Assembly (NCBI GenBank): GCA_040752695.1
Contig: JBFMGO010000008.1
Coordinates: forward strand, 26,184 to 90,183
Direction: 5' to 3'
DNA: 64,000 nt
Origin: a bacterium
GTDB taxonomy: Bacteria; SZUA-182; DTGQ01
Within the stretch, counting starts at the first letter, position 1, and the number at the start of each line of letters is the position of its first letter. Of the stretch, positions 17,907 to 29,764 are shown piece by piece. The position numbers and the translations under genes are program-made. The notes under the pieces were generated by a model that saw nothing but the letters and a program-made list of their open reading frames with translations, searched no databases and was not told the origin of the DNA.

Positions 17907-18350
17907 CTATGGTACCAGCAGTCCAAAACCGGTCTTGGGATCGAGAACGCGCACTCCGGTGGATTCGATCAGTTCAAAGAGAATGACTTCCATAATATGC
18001 CATACCTTTACGCCCTTGCGGACACATCCGGTGACTGATGAGGTACCTCTGCCACAGGCAACGTGCATGTGTAATACGGGATTGCCCTGCTCGTCCGGAA
18101 AAAGCGTTCCTGTACCGGCTATTTCGTGAACGTTATCAAGAACATGTTCCATAGGCTGAACAGGTCTTACGCGTCCATGTTCCGGTCCGACCACAAGCCT
18201 GCTGCCTGCGTCAGCTCCTCCGATTATAATCAGAGAGGCGCATGAAATGGCCTGCTCGCGGGCAAATTGCTCAATCTTCTCATGAATAACTTCCCCGTCC
18301 TCTAAGCGTATGATAAATATACGCCCTTGCTTTGCTTGTGAATATTTCAT
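17907..18350 (-). CDS. PPC/DUF296 domain protein
   Basis: IIRLEDGE..., EIAGTGT and LHMHVACG motifs; start at MKYSQAKQG. Confidence 0.85.
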   Translation of the reverse strand: MKYSQAKQGRIFIIRLEDGEVIHEKIEQFAREQAISCASLIIIGGADAGSRLVVGPEHGRVRPVQPMEHVLDNVHEIAGTGTLFPDEQGNPVLHMHVACGRGTSSVTGCVRKGVKVWHIMEVILFELIESTGVRVLDPKTGFGLLVP

Positions 18351-18480
18351 GTCAAGCCTCCATGAATTCTCTTTCACTTTCCTCATTCATCGTTATTCAT
18401 CCAGGCGACAATTCCACGATAAGGGTAAATTCCCCCCTCGCATCCTTTTTAGATCAGGGTGTGAGGGAGGATATTCACGC

Positions 18481-18610
18481 TATCACATCAAACCTGATTG
18501 TATTCATATCCAACCAGTTGCATTCATATCAGACCCGTTGCATTCATAATCAAACCTGTTATATTCACATCAAGCCTGTTATATTCATATCAGACCTGTC
18601 ACATCATATC
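18481..18610. repeat. Degenerate 20-bp tandem repeat (attcatatcaaacctgttgc-like), about 6 copies
   Basis: Units abut the sufB-like stop codon and have no spacers. Confidence 0.85.
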
Positions 18611-19894
18611 CTTATCGCTTTGCCCCACGGCACGGTCGATCTGTGCTTTGAGCTCAGGCGGCAGACCAGGGATATCGACGTTCAGAAAGCCCCGCACGAT
18701 GGTGGAGGTGGCTTCATCCTCGCTCAGGCCCCGGGACATGAGGTAGAGAATTTCCTCCTGCGCGATCTTGCCCACCGCTGCCTCGTGTGACATCTCTACG
18801 CCATCGGCTTTTCCTTCCAGTTCCGGTATGGCGTGAATGCTTCCTCCGTTCAGGATAAGGCCGCGGCACTCAAGATGAGCCTTTACGCCCGGGACTTCGC
18901 CGATCAGGTCTCCACGGGCAATGATGGACCCGCCATTGGTAATGGCCCTGGAAATAATCTCCGCCCTGGTATCGGCTTCTTTCAGGTAGACGCGGCCGCC
19001 AATGTCCAGTTCGGATTTCGGGCTGCCAACCAAGAGGTTATAAAAGCGGGCTACAGCACCCTTTCCCAGAAGGTGAGTGGTTGGATACATCTGAACGGAC
19101 CTGACGGGCATCATGCTGATATAATTGCTCAGGAAAAGGCCATCTTCCTCAACCACACCGACTGACCGGGATCTGGCCATTACCTCTTCGGCCCAGGTGT
19201 GGATCATGGTGAAGCTCAATCGGGCTCTCTTCCTGACATAGAATTCAGTTACGCCAATATGGATGGCCCGCCGCACATGAGAAGCAGTAGCACAACCCGT
19301 GATGAGATGAAGCTCCGAATCCTCTTCGGCAATAATCAGATTATGGACGTTCTGATCTGAGCCCTCCCTGCCAAGATACATGCATGCCTGCACCGGATAG
19401 ACGACCTTACTGCCGGAAAGTGCCCTGATAACGTAACCGTTATGCAGATCGAGCTGTACCCTGGCCGTGTATTTATCCATATCTACCTCAACCAGTTTCC
19501 AGTAGTAATCCGAAACCCAGGGGTAGCGGGCCAGTGCCTCCTTGATCGGCATTACTTCCAGCCCTTCCTGCTTTGAAAAGGCATGGAGCACGGATGCATC
19601 CTTTTGCAGATACGTTCCTGATCTTCCGGCTCCAGCAGTGTCTATGCCGGATAGAATCATCCGTTTTTTATCAGCTTCCGACAGACCTGTTCCTGAAAGG
19701 TCAGCGCCCGAAAGATCCACCCCCCGATTCTCATGGGCAGGGACATCACGGGCAGTGGCGTCATGCCGGCGGGCATCATGGACAGGGGCATCGATACCAG
19801 GGGCTTGCGACTGAAAGGTGTCAAGATCGATATCCTGGCCAAACTGGGCCTTTTTCTCTTTGGCCTGTAAAGCCTTTTCGTCTAGATCGCGCAT
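18599..19894 (-). CDS. sufB: SufB-like Fe-S scaffold (SmsB)
   Basis: QNVHN, IITGC-like LITGC, HLECRGL, IPEL, MSHEAAVGKI, YLMSRGL; RBS AGGAG before ATG 19894. Confidence 0.9.
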   Translation of the reverse strand: MRDLDEKALQAKEKKAQFGQDIDLDTFQSQAPGIDAPVHDARRHDATARDVPAHENRGVDLSGADLSGTGLSEADKKRMILSGIDTAGAGRSGTYLQKDASVLHAFSKQEGLEVMPIKEALARYPWVSDYYWKLVEVDMDKYTARVQLDLHNGYVIRALSGSKVVYPVQACMYLGREGSDQNVHNLIIAEEDSELHLITGCATASHVRRAIHIGVTEFYVRKRARLSFTMIHTWAEEVMARSRSVGVVEEDGLFLSNYISMMPVRSVQMYPTTHLLGKGAVARFYNLLVGSPKSELDIGGRVYLKEADTRAEIISRAITNGGSIIARGDLIGEVPGVKAHLECRGLILNGGSIHAIPELEGKADGVEMSHEAAVGKIAQEEILYLMSRGLSEDEATSTIVRGFLNVDIPGLPPELKAQIDRAVGQSDKDMM

Positions 19895-20637
19895 CGTATG
19901 CACTCCTCGTATCCAACCTCACTGATGCACTTGAAGATTTCCCTCGGGTTGCTCGTACAGGTCAATACCCCCGAGTAGAGAACCTGTCCTTTGTCAGCGG
20001 TAATATAGTCCAGAATAAATCCTGTATGAGTGATAATGAGTCCCATCCTGGTTCGCTCCGCTCGAAGCTCCTTCAGAGTCTTGCCGGGGTCCACGTGCAG
20101 ATCCCTTTGAAGCAACTGGCTGATGGCGAGGCCGATCAGCGAAATGTTCTCCAGATCAACACCTGACTCCGGCTCGTCAAAGAGCAAAAGGTCAGGATTC
20201 TGGGCCATCAGTTGAAGGAGCTCAGACCGCTTGATTTCGCCGCCCGAAAACCCGGCATTGATATCACGGTCGAGGAATTCGGAAAAATTCACCCTTTTGG
20301 CCAGGTCCTCTGCATCCACCTTCCCCTGTCCGCAGATCTGAACGATCTGCCGGATCTTTACTCCGTTTATGGTAGGCGGCCGCTGGTAAGATATGCCTAT
20401 GCCCAGTCTGGCCCGCTCATTGACAGGCATATAGGTGATATCCTCCCCTTTGAAAAGTATCCTGCCGCCGGTGATTTTATATTGCGGGTAACCCATGATG
20501 GTCATGAGCAAGGATGTCTTGCCCGACCCATTCGGGCCAAACAGAATGTGTGTTTCTCCTGGATGAATTTCCAGATCAATATGTTCCAGGATTTTTTTGT
20601 CACCGACCTTGACCTGTAAATCCTCGATTTGGAGCAT
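19882..20637 (-). CDS. sufC: SufC-like ABC ATPase (SmsC) with C-terminal CxxC
   Basis: GPNGSGKT, FSGGEIKRSE, DEPESGVD; C-terminal GYEECIRC. Confidence 0.9.
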   Translation of the reverse strand: MLQIEDLQVKVGDKKILEHIDLEIHPGETHILFGPNGSGKTSLLMTIMGYPQYKITGGRILFKGEDITYMPVNERARLGIGISYQRPPTINGVKIRQIVQICGQGKVDAEDLAKRVNFSEFLDRDINAGFSGGEIKRSELLQLMAQNPDLLLFDEPESGVDLENISLIGLAISQLLQRDLHVDPGKTLKELRAERTRMGLIITHTGFILDYITADKGQVLYSGVLTCTSNPREIFKCISEVGYEECIRCAI

Positions 20638-20709
20638 CTTCCTCTCTTTCTCCTTGATACATCTTGCATGCATCCGGCATTACCGGCTGTCGGGACTACC
20701 ACAGGATAG

Positions 20710-21189
20710 TCACTGGTGACAGAGACCTTCGTGCGGCCGGACAATGACGACCGGGCACGGCGCAGTCTTAATCACCTCTTCGGTAACACTTCCAGCTAAA
20801 AGTCGGGTTATTCCCGAATGACCATGAGTTCCCATAACGATCAAATCAATCTTTACGTCAGCGGCCATCCTGGTGATCTGCTGGTGCGGTGTGCCGAGAT
20901 TGGCTACCGTGATAATACTTTGCATTCCCATGTCCTTTGCCTTTTTCTCCGCTTCCACGAGCATCCCGTTAACCAGGGAAAATGTTTTTAATTTCCGTTG
21001 AGCCAGGAGGGTCTGGTCTTCATATGCATCGTAAATACTCTGATTGTTCTCTATAACAGTCATCAGATAAACGGTAATGTCTGATTCTCTGACCAGAGAA
21101 CTTGTATAGTTCAGGGCCTCCAGAGATACATCTGATAAGGATACATCAGAGCCACTAATGGGTACAAGAATTTTTTTTATGGGCAGCAT
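20710..21189 (-). CDS. Universal stress protein (UspA family)
   Basis: KKILVP..., DLIVMGTHGHSG..LLAGSV.E.V...APCPVVIV. Confidence 0.92.
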   Translation of the reverse strand: MLPIKKILVPISGSDVSLSDVSLEALNYTSSLVRESDITVYLMTVIENNQSIYDAYEDQTLLAQRKLKTFSLVNGMLVEAEKKAKDMGMQSIITVANLGTPHQQITRMAADVKIDLIVMGTHGHSGITRLLAGSVTEEVIKTAPCPVVIVRPHEGLCHQ

Positions 21190-21349
21190 AGTTTTTTCCT
21201 TCTTTTTTGGCCTAATCGCACGGGTTTTAAAACTCACTCATACTGCACGTGCACGCAGCCGCCAGATTAGCTGTACCCACAGCACAAAAGAATATGAGCC
21301 TATCTCTCAATCCCCCTCTCACGCTCTATTCACAATACTTCATCTCACT

Positions 21350-21381
21350 CCCCACCCCGCTTTTTTCAAAGCGGGGTGGGG
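21350..21381. terminator. GC-rich hairpin (terminator or REP-like)
   Basis: ccccaccccgcttt-tttc-aaagcggggtgggg has perfect 14-bp arms. Confidence 0.5.
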
Positions 21382-21872
21382 AATCCTGTTAGCGACCGGA
21401 GAAGTGGTCAGGCAATTCTCTTTTGATCAGGCAATTCTCTTTTGGTCTTTAGGCTTATCTTTATTCTCCTGGATGCACACTCTCAAGGCTACTGAATATA
21501 GTCATGTATAAACAGATTGGCTGTGCTGGGGTTTGCTGCATAGGGCGAGCCCATGTGCAGTTGTGTTACCACTGCCAATTGGAACTATTGACACCTCCTT
21601 TCATCCTTAAAAAAAGTGTCCTTCGATTATGACGTGGCGAGTATGTGTATCGGATTTCCCCAGGGTATGGGATTTTCCTTGGGTGCTGGGTGCTTTCCTT
21701 GCGTGCCGGAGTTTCGTAAGGAAGAAGCTGCTTTGATTTGCCGGAAAGAACAAATAACGTGAGGTTGATATTTCATCTGAATAGAATATACCCTATTATA
21801 TACAGATATGTCAAAAGGAAGTTCTCATCGCTCTCATTTTTTAAAGAATTACCCGACCCGAAAAAATCCTTC

Positions 21873-22823
21873 TCACCTTTGTCGCAGTTCAAAAACCAGA
21901 GGTATTTCGAACCACAAAGAGGATTCGCGGATGCTTTCGGGAAAGGGAGGAAATGGATCTCCATCTTTGACTGTCTGTATGGCTGCTTCATCCAAAAAAG
22001 CGATGGAAGAACTGCCGGTGATCCGGACCTTCCCGACCCGACCGTCGCGGTAAAGTAAAAAGCCGACATTGACACTTCCTTCCCATCCCTTTTTTCTGGC
22101 CAGAGAGGGGAATTTTTGGTGAACTGCAATATGACGCCGGACCTTCCCCTCGTAGACTTGAAAAGCACGGGCAGGATCAAAGCGGTCATGAGGATTAAGA
22201 TGGCCAGGGCGATCAGAGCGATCATGGCCTTCACGGGCCGATGATTCGATCTTGAGTGGCAAAGAGGAAATGGAAACATCCGCAGTCAGAGCGGCTGCAT
22301 TTTCTGCAACCCGGCCAGCCATGGCTTCACCGGCTGACCTCAGAGAGTCAGGCAGGGGCACATACACCCCTGCACCAGCATCGGGGCTGTTGCCCGTAAA
22401 GCCCATCGCTTTCGGCTTTGCGGACTGCAAAGACGCGGCCTGGGGTTGACTCTCCGTGTATCGGGGTTGAGATATCGCAAATCGGGGTTGAGCCATCGCG
22501 GAACGCGACTGAGACACCGCGAAACGCGACTGAGACACCGCGAAACGCGACTGAGACACCGCACATCGTGGCTGTGGAAATTCCCTGGAGCGCATATAAG
22601 GTCTTGGAATCTCTTTCATCTGTCTTTGCGGGAGAGAAACCCGAAGGGTTACAAGATCGACTTTCATCCTCTGCTCGATGCAGGGGCGGGGGGCTGATCG
22701 GTCCTGGGGAAGAAGCGAAAGAACATGAATAAGGAGGGAGAGAAAAAACGCGCAGTACAGCGCCCAGTCCCCGGTTTTTCCCCGGGGTGACAATCCAAGA
22801 TCCTTTTTTTTCTGCATTGCCAT
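21873..22823 (-). CDS. TonB-family energy transducer
   Basis: N-terminal TM with SLLIH; repeat linker; TonB-C (FPSLARKKGWEGSV.V.F...DG...SSS..LDEAAI). Confidence 0.85.
   Translation of the reverse strand: MAMQKKKDLGLSPRGKTGDWALYCAFFLSLLIHVLSLLPQDRSAPRPCIEQRMKVDLVTLRVSLPQRQMKEIPRPYMRSREFPQPRCAVSQSRFAVSQSRFAVSQSRSAMAQPRFAISQPRYTESQPQAASLQSAKPKAMGFTGNSPDAGAGVYVPLPDSLRSAGEAMAGRVAENAAALTADVSISSLPLKIESSAREGHDRSDRPGHLNPHDRFDPARAFQVYEGKVRRHIAVHQKFPSLARKKGWEGSVNVGFLLYRDGRVGKVRITGSSSIAFLDEAAIQTVKDGDPFPPFPESIRESSLWFEIPLVFELRQR
22460..22562. repeat. 21-bp tandem repeat (cgcgaaacgcgactgagacac) in the TonB linker
   Basis: About three near-exact copies plus degenerate flanks, encoding AVSQSRF. Confidence 0.9.
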
Positions 22824-23073
22824 ACCAGCCTGCTCTTGTTCCTGGACGCTTATTGCCCAACCGGCGACTTTGCACGCCGTCAGGCCCTTCTCTTTTTGTC
22901 GAGGTTGAAAAGTCCGTATCTTTTTTCAGAAAACTGAGCCTTGAATTTTCTTGAAAATACGAGCAACTTCATATACACTGCCGCACAAGATCATTGTTTT
23001 AAACTACTCTTTCGTATCCTCTGCACGATACTTTTTATAATTAGTATTATACTTCTTATATTCCGGAGTATCA

Positions 23074-24801
<1,728 letters not shown>

Positions 24802-24847
24802 TTTTTAACTCTTGGAGTAGTTTTAACTCTTGGAGTAGTTTCTAACC

Positions 24848-26143
24848 ATGCAAACAGACAGCTACCTTTTGGAACTTCAGCATATCAATCAGGCATACGG
24901 CAGTGGAGACCGGCGTTTCACCGCTGTCCAGAACGTAAACCTTGCCCTCTCCGAGGGCGAATTCGTTGCCCTTTTAGGACCGTCAGGCTGCGGGAAGAGC
25001 ACCCTTTTGCGCATTATCACCGGGCTCCAGCATCCAACCGAAGGCCAGGTGATCTACCGCAATGTGCCCCTTAAGGGAGTCAATCCCTACGCAACCATTG
25101 TTTTTCAAACCTTTGCCCTTTTCCCCTGGCTGACCGTGCAGGAAAATGTGGAAATCGCCCTGAAGGCCCGCGGCATTCCCCCGAAATTGCGCACACCCCG
25201 TGCCCTGGATCTTTTGGACAGGGTCGGGCTGGATGGATTCGAGACCGCCTATCCCCGCGAGCTGTCAGGAGGCATGCGCCAGAAGGTCGGCTTTGCCAGG
25301 GCTATGGCTGTGGAGCCTGAGTTGCTTTGCCTTGATGAACCCTTCTCTGCCCTCGATGTTCTCAGCGCAGACTCTTTGCGCGGCGAGCTTTTGGAGCTGT
25401 GGTCCAGCGGCAGCATTCCGACCAAAGCCATCCTTCTGGTTTCTCACAATATCGAGGAAGCCGTCTTCATGGCCGACCGCATTATCGTCATGGAAAAAAA
25501 TCCGGGCAGGATCGTGAGCACCCTGAAACTGAGGCTGCCCCATCCGCGCCAGCGAAAAGCTGCCGCATTTCTGTCCGTGGTGGACCGGGTCTACAGTATC
25601 CTGGCCGGCCAGACTCAGCCCGAACACGTAGAGCTGGGTGCAGCACCAGGTGAGCCCGGCGGGAAAACCCGTGCCCTGCCCCACATCGGCATCACTAACC
25701 TGGCCAGCATGCTGGAGCGCCTCGACGAAATGGCCAATAACCGGGCCGATATCTACCGCCTGGCCGAAGAATTGAAAGTCGATTCCGACCACCTGTTGCG
25801 GCTGACCGAAGCAGCGGAGCTTCTGGGATTCGCCACCATTGCCCAGGGCGATATTACCCTGACACCCCTTGGAGAAACCTTTGCCGAGGCCAGTATCTCG
25901 GCCCGCAAGGAAATCTTTGCCACCCGCATCCGCAGGCTGCCGATTTTCAAGTGGCTGATGGCTATGCTGTACGTTGCCGATAGAAGGCAGGTGGAGTGGG
26001 ATATCGTTCAATCAGAGCTGGAAGTGGAGTTCCCCCGTGAGGAAGCCGAGCGCCAGCTCGAGACTGCCATTAACTGGGGCCGGTATGCAGAGCTCTTAGC
26101 CTACGATGACAGCGCGGCCGTAATCTACCTTGAACCAGGCTGA
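24848..26143 (+). CDS. NitT/TauT-family ABC ATP-binding protein with AAA-associated C-terminal domain
   Basis: GPSGCGKST, LSGGMRQ, LDEPFSALD; C-terminal WGRYAEL. Confidence 0.93.
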   Translation: MQTDSYLLELQHINQAYGSGDRRFTAVQNVNLALSEGEFVALLGPSGCGKSTLLRIITGLQHPTEGQVIYRNVPLKGVNPYATIVFQTFALFPWLTVQENVEIALKARGIPPKLRTPRALDLLDRVGLDGFETAYPRELSGGMRQKVGFARAMAVEPELLCLDEPFSALDVLSADSLRGELLELWSSGSIPTKAILLVSHNIEEAVFMADRIIVMEKNPGRIVSTLKLRLPHPRQRKAAAFLSVVDRVYSILAGQTQPEHVELGAAPGEPGGKTRALPHIGITNLASMLERLDEMANNRADIYRLAEELKVDSDHLLRLTEAAELLGFATIAQGDITLTPLGETFAEASISARKEIFATRIRRLPIFKWLMAMLYVADRRQVEWDIVQSELEVEFPREEAERQLETAINWGRYAELLAYDDSAAVIYLEPG

Positions 26144-26177
26144 TGCCGGGGCTCTTTTTATCTGCCGGGGAAAATTA

Positions 26178-26292
26178 TTCACCCTCATTCCCCCTCCATA
26201 TGAAGAGGAGAAGAGGGTGGTATGGGAGACTGCATGAGATTCAGTCTTCCCCCCTTCTCCTCCCGGCTGGAGAGAGAGTGAGGGTGATGCGT
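26178..26292. repeat. REP-like pyrimidine/purine palindromes
   Basis: accctc..ccctc...gaggagaagagggt and ccttctcctcccggctggagagagagtgagggtga resemble the widespread 'PLPxGERVRVRG' palindromic repeats. Confidence 0.45.
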
Positions 26293-26411
26293 GAGAACGT
26301 TACCCCAAAAAGCTCAAACGATGGTGACAAGAGGCTTCCTGATCTGTTTTAGGGACGCCCCCTTTTTGATCAGGCACTGACATGCCCTGGACAAAAAGTG
26401 TGGAAAGAAGT

Positions 26412-26876
26412 CTAAATTCTCAGGACTGGAAAGCTTGGAGTAAGGAGTAGAGAGGATATGCGATCGGATTTTTCAGCAAACATGGTTAAGAGGCTTTTCA
26501 CCTTGACAAGGCTTAACTTTTCCTGCTTGAGGTCTTGTTGGTAGCTGCCATTCCACTGAAGATCATGCCTCCTGATTTCAGCAGCGCAGTAAAGGCATTC
26601 TTGAGAGTATCCTGGTGATATACGCTTTTTATCGGCAATTAAATAACTTCCCCTCTTGTCAAAAGAAGGTGACAGGATCAGCATCCCCTTCAGGATCTGG
26701 ATTTTTTCACTATGAAATTCAGCATGTAATTGATTTCCATCAGTCAGCACGCGGGGAATATCATATATTTCATCCGGAATAGAGTAGTTACAGATGATAA
26801 ATTCGGGGGCATCCAGGCCGAGCAGAAGCAAAAATACGATGACAATTAAACCCGCCTTCAGCTTTGCGTTCGTCAT
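26412..26876 (-). CDS. Hypothetical protein with N-terminal TM/signal
   Basis: 154-aa ORF with AGGAG RBS and hydrophobic N-terminus; no motif recognised. Confidence 0.5.
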   Translation of the reverse strand: MTNAKLKAGLIVIVFLLLLGLDAPEFIICNYSIPDEIYDIPRVLTDGNQLHAEFHSEKIQILKGMLILSPSFDKRGSYLIADKKRISPGYSQECLYCAAEIRRHDLQWNGSYQQDLKQEKLSLVKVKSLLTMFAEKSDRISSLLLTPSFPVLRI

Positions 26877-27258
26877 CTTAAGAATCTCCTGCCTCTCGGT
26901 ATTTCTCCCGCATCTTGAAATTTCCTGCCTACTAACGATACATTAGCCATTAAACAATACGCCGTATGATGCTTTATTTTTGCTTGAACCATAATTTGCT
27001 TAAACCATAAAAGGAAGCATTCCCCGTGCCACTCAAGGCAGGGCCAGCTCTTAGAATGATGTTTCTTTGGGTTTAAAGGAGGCAAGCCCCTGTCCTGAGG
27101 AGGGGTTTTCAGTCTCTCAGGGCAGCACCTATAAGCCATAGTTTTTATGAGAAAAAATGATCTCTCTGCAGCAATACTTTGTAAGATCAGACAATTAGGA
27201 TATACATAAATATTGGCGAAGACTCATATTTTTTGGGAAACGGCCTGCCACCGGCAGA

Positions 27259-27618
27259 CTAAAGACCGAATATCCCCCTGACCCGAAAGAAGGCGAATGA
27301 CATAATAGTCCATATTACCAATGCCAGAACAATTGAAACATTTACATTAAGGTGCATTTTTTTTAACAGGAGATAAAGAGGAATGAGGTAAACAAACATA
27401 AGCGGTAAAAAAAGGATATCGCTTTTGATAGTCCCTATCAAAGCATTCCGGCCACTTTCATTGCCCACGATACAGGAACTGATCACCGTAGTGATCGGTG
27501 CAGCAAGTAAAATCCCTGCCAGGACGGCATTACCCTTTTCAGCCAGGTATGAAACCAAAACAACAATACTGCCCCCCGCAATAAACTTCAATATATATTC
27601 CAAAACGGGAATTTCCAT
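27259..27618 (-). CDS. Small 4-TM membrane protein (GlpM/DUF3147-like)
   Basis: KFIAGG.IVVLVS...LAGILLAAP; AGGAG RBS before ATG 27618. Confidence 0.7.
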   Translation of the reverse strand: MEIPVLEYILKFIAGGSIVVLVSYLAEKGNAVLAGILLAAPITTVISSCIVGNESGRNALIGTIKSDILFLPLMFVYLIPLYLLLKKMHLNVNVSIVLALVIWTIMSFAFFRVRGIFGL

Positions 27619-27912
27619 GGTTAATACTCCTGTCATCAATGCCTCCGCTCCTCATCATCCGAGCACCTCGTTTGGACCTGTCCCATGAATGATAGTCATT
27701 ATTCGGTCTTATGAAAATTTTCATGCAGCCATGAGTTCATGTTTCCAGCTAAACTGAACCAGTACTGCCACTCAATGTACAAGGTGTGAAGGGAAAGTAC
27801 AAGGTGTGAAGGGAAAAAGCAAGACACCTGTGCTGATTTTATGGGGGCGAACGGATTATGCCTGGAGGGTAAGCCTTGTAGAATCAAAAAGTTAGCGATC
27901 GGTAGTAGAAGT

Positions 27913-27964
27913 GTCTTCAATGGCCCGGCAAGGTCTTGGCCTATAAGACCAGGCCATTGAAGAC
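27913..27964 (-). terminator. Stem-loop downstream of the repeat-protein gene
   Basis: gtcttcaatggcc...ggccattgaagac (13-bp arms) enclosing ggtctt/aagacc. Confidence 0.55.
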
Positions 27965-27993
27965 CGATAACTCACCTCACCTCTTTTTGACTT

Positions 27994-29097
27994 CTATGGG
28001 AAGACAGGTGGATAAGGAAAAGGTGGAGGAAGAATAGGACGGATAGGTGGTTCATAATAATATATTTCGTAATCGCTTCCATCATAGTCACTCCAGGTCA
28101 CCCATCCATTGTCACTTACAGTAGGGTCATAGCAATAAGAGGTACTGGCGATAAATTCAGTTTCTTCAGAATATGTATAATAGATAAATATTCCAGCATA
28201 CCGTGCTTTCCAAGCTACTACTTCGTCACCTATTACGGGGTACTCGTTATAATAATCTGGACTGCTGATCTGAACAGGGATGCCACTTGCCTTATAAAGG
28301 TATATATCATGGTCATAAAATCCATACCAAGCTACCCATCCATTTTTATTTATAGTAGGATTTGTGCCATTAATGCTATTTGGTATGACAATGGGAGTGC
28401 CGCTTGCCTTATAGAGGTATATTCCATTGGTGAGGCTTCCATTCCAAGTAACCCACCCGTTGTCGCCTATCTCGGGCCCATAATCATTAGAGGAGTTATT
28501 GGTAAGCCGAATTGGGCTGCCGTTTCCTTTATAGAGGTATACCTCGTAATCATGTCCATCCCACATCTCCCAGGTTATCCATCCATTGCTATTTATCCGG
28601 CAATAGTTGTCATTATAACTATTATAGGTAAGCCGAATGGGCGTACCGCTTCCTTTATAGAGATATACCTCGTAATCATGTCCATCATATCCAGACCAGG
28701 CCACCCATCCATTGTCACCTATAACAGGATTTATGCCATTATTGCTATTAGGTATTACAATGGGAGTGCCGCTTCCCTTGTAGAGGCGTATCCCATCCGT
28801 ATTCTCGTTACCCCAAACCACCCATCCATTGTTATTCATTTGTGGGATATAATCCCTGTAAGAATTATTGGAAAGTGGAATGGGAGTGCCGCTCCCTTTA
28901 TAGAGATATACCTCATAATCAGTTCCATCATATCCAGACCAGGCCACCCATTTATTGTTATTCATTATGGGGCTATAGTCATTATAAGAGTTGTCGCTAA
29001 CCTGAATTACTTCTCCAAAAATGGAAGAATAGGATGGTCTTGTAACGATAAAAGAAGCAGTTACGCAAAGTGTTAAAATTAGAAGTAACTTTTTCAT
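27994..29097 (-). CDS. Secreted repeat protein (probable beta-propeller) with Pro-rich tail
   Basis: Signal peptide; about 8 repeats of WVxW.GYDG.DYEVYLYKGSGTPI.L.NNS; tail PPIRPILPPPFPYPPVFP. Confidence 0.8.
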   Translation of the reverse strand: MKKLLLILTLCVTASFIVTRPSYSSIFGEVIQVSDNSYNDYSPIMNNNKWVAWSGYDGTDYEVYLYKGSGTPIPLSNNSYRDYIPQMNNNGWVVWGNENTDGIRLYKGSGTPIVIPNSNNGINPVIGDNGWVAWSGYDGHDYEVYLYKGSGTPIRLTYNSYNDNYCRINSNGWITWEMWDGHDYEVYLYKGNGSPIRLTNNSSNDYGPEIGDNGWVTWNGSLTNGIYLYKASGTPIVIPNSINGTNPTINKNGWVAWYGFYDHDIYLYKASGIPVQISSPDYYNEYPVIGDEVVAWKARYAGIFIYYTYSEETEFIASTSYCYDPTVSDNGWVTWSDYDGSDYEIYYYEPPIRPILPPPFPYPPVFP

Positions 29098-29764
29098 TTT
29101 CTTTCTCCTCATTAATAAAGATAATTCTTTTTCATCGATACTCCCCTTAAGGCTAATATTTAATTATTTATTACTGAATCCCCCCTTTCTTAACAACAAC
29201 CTGAACTATGGTATGTTTTTGAGCATCTTATGATCTTTTTAGATAAATTAATTCTCGTTTTGCCCGTTGTTGGTTAAGTAATTTTTTGGCTAATCTATTT
29301 AAGGCTTATACAGTTGGAACATACCACATACTCAGGAAATAATTCGCAATCTATAAATATCTAATATTTAATAAATATTATATATTATATTATATATATA
29401 ATATAACGATGTTATATATAATATACATCTCTTGCTTTTTCATTGTCAAATTTTTGAAGAGACAAGAAATGGTCATGATAAAAACAGCCAATATTGTCCA
29501 GGAGTAGGATCGATGCGGGAATCCAATGAAGAAAGCGGGCGTAGTTAACTCACTGGGGGAATTTCAGGAAGTTTATTGAGTTACAGGCTATAGACTGCAC
29601 AGGTGCGGGACCCCGGGCTGGCCAGGCGTTTTTTGGTAGGCCCAAGCAGGAGTTATCACGACGATTCTTATGATTTTTCACAAGGCGCTTTGTGAAAGGT
29701 TCCGGCCACACCATCTGAAACTTGCCTGCACATGGTTTTCATGGTATCCTTTTTCAGGATTTGC

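Noticed and set aside
18481..18610. Possible CRISPR array
   Set aside because: Units are contiguous and degenerate with no unique spacers; no cas genes. The same applies to the 21-bp repeats at 22460-22562.
21489..21600. 29-codon minus-strand ORF behind a strong AAGGAGGTG
   Set aside because: The RBS is about 13 nt from the TTG start and the peptide has no recognisable features, so it cannot be supported.
21773..22279. 168-aa ORF with hydrophobic stretch overlapping tonB
   Set aside because: Alternative frame of the recognisable TonB C-terminal domain.
27010..27140. TPP- or cobalamin-riboswitch-like sequence (GGTGC...CTGAGA on the minus strand)
   Set aside because: Lacks the downstream conserved core (ACCTGAT..., GGGAA...); neighbouring genes are unrelated.
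28309..29076. 255-aa plus-strand repetitive ORF
   Set aside because: Mirror of the minus-strand repeat protein, which has the signal peptide and RBS.
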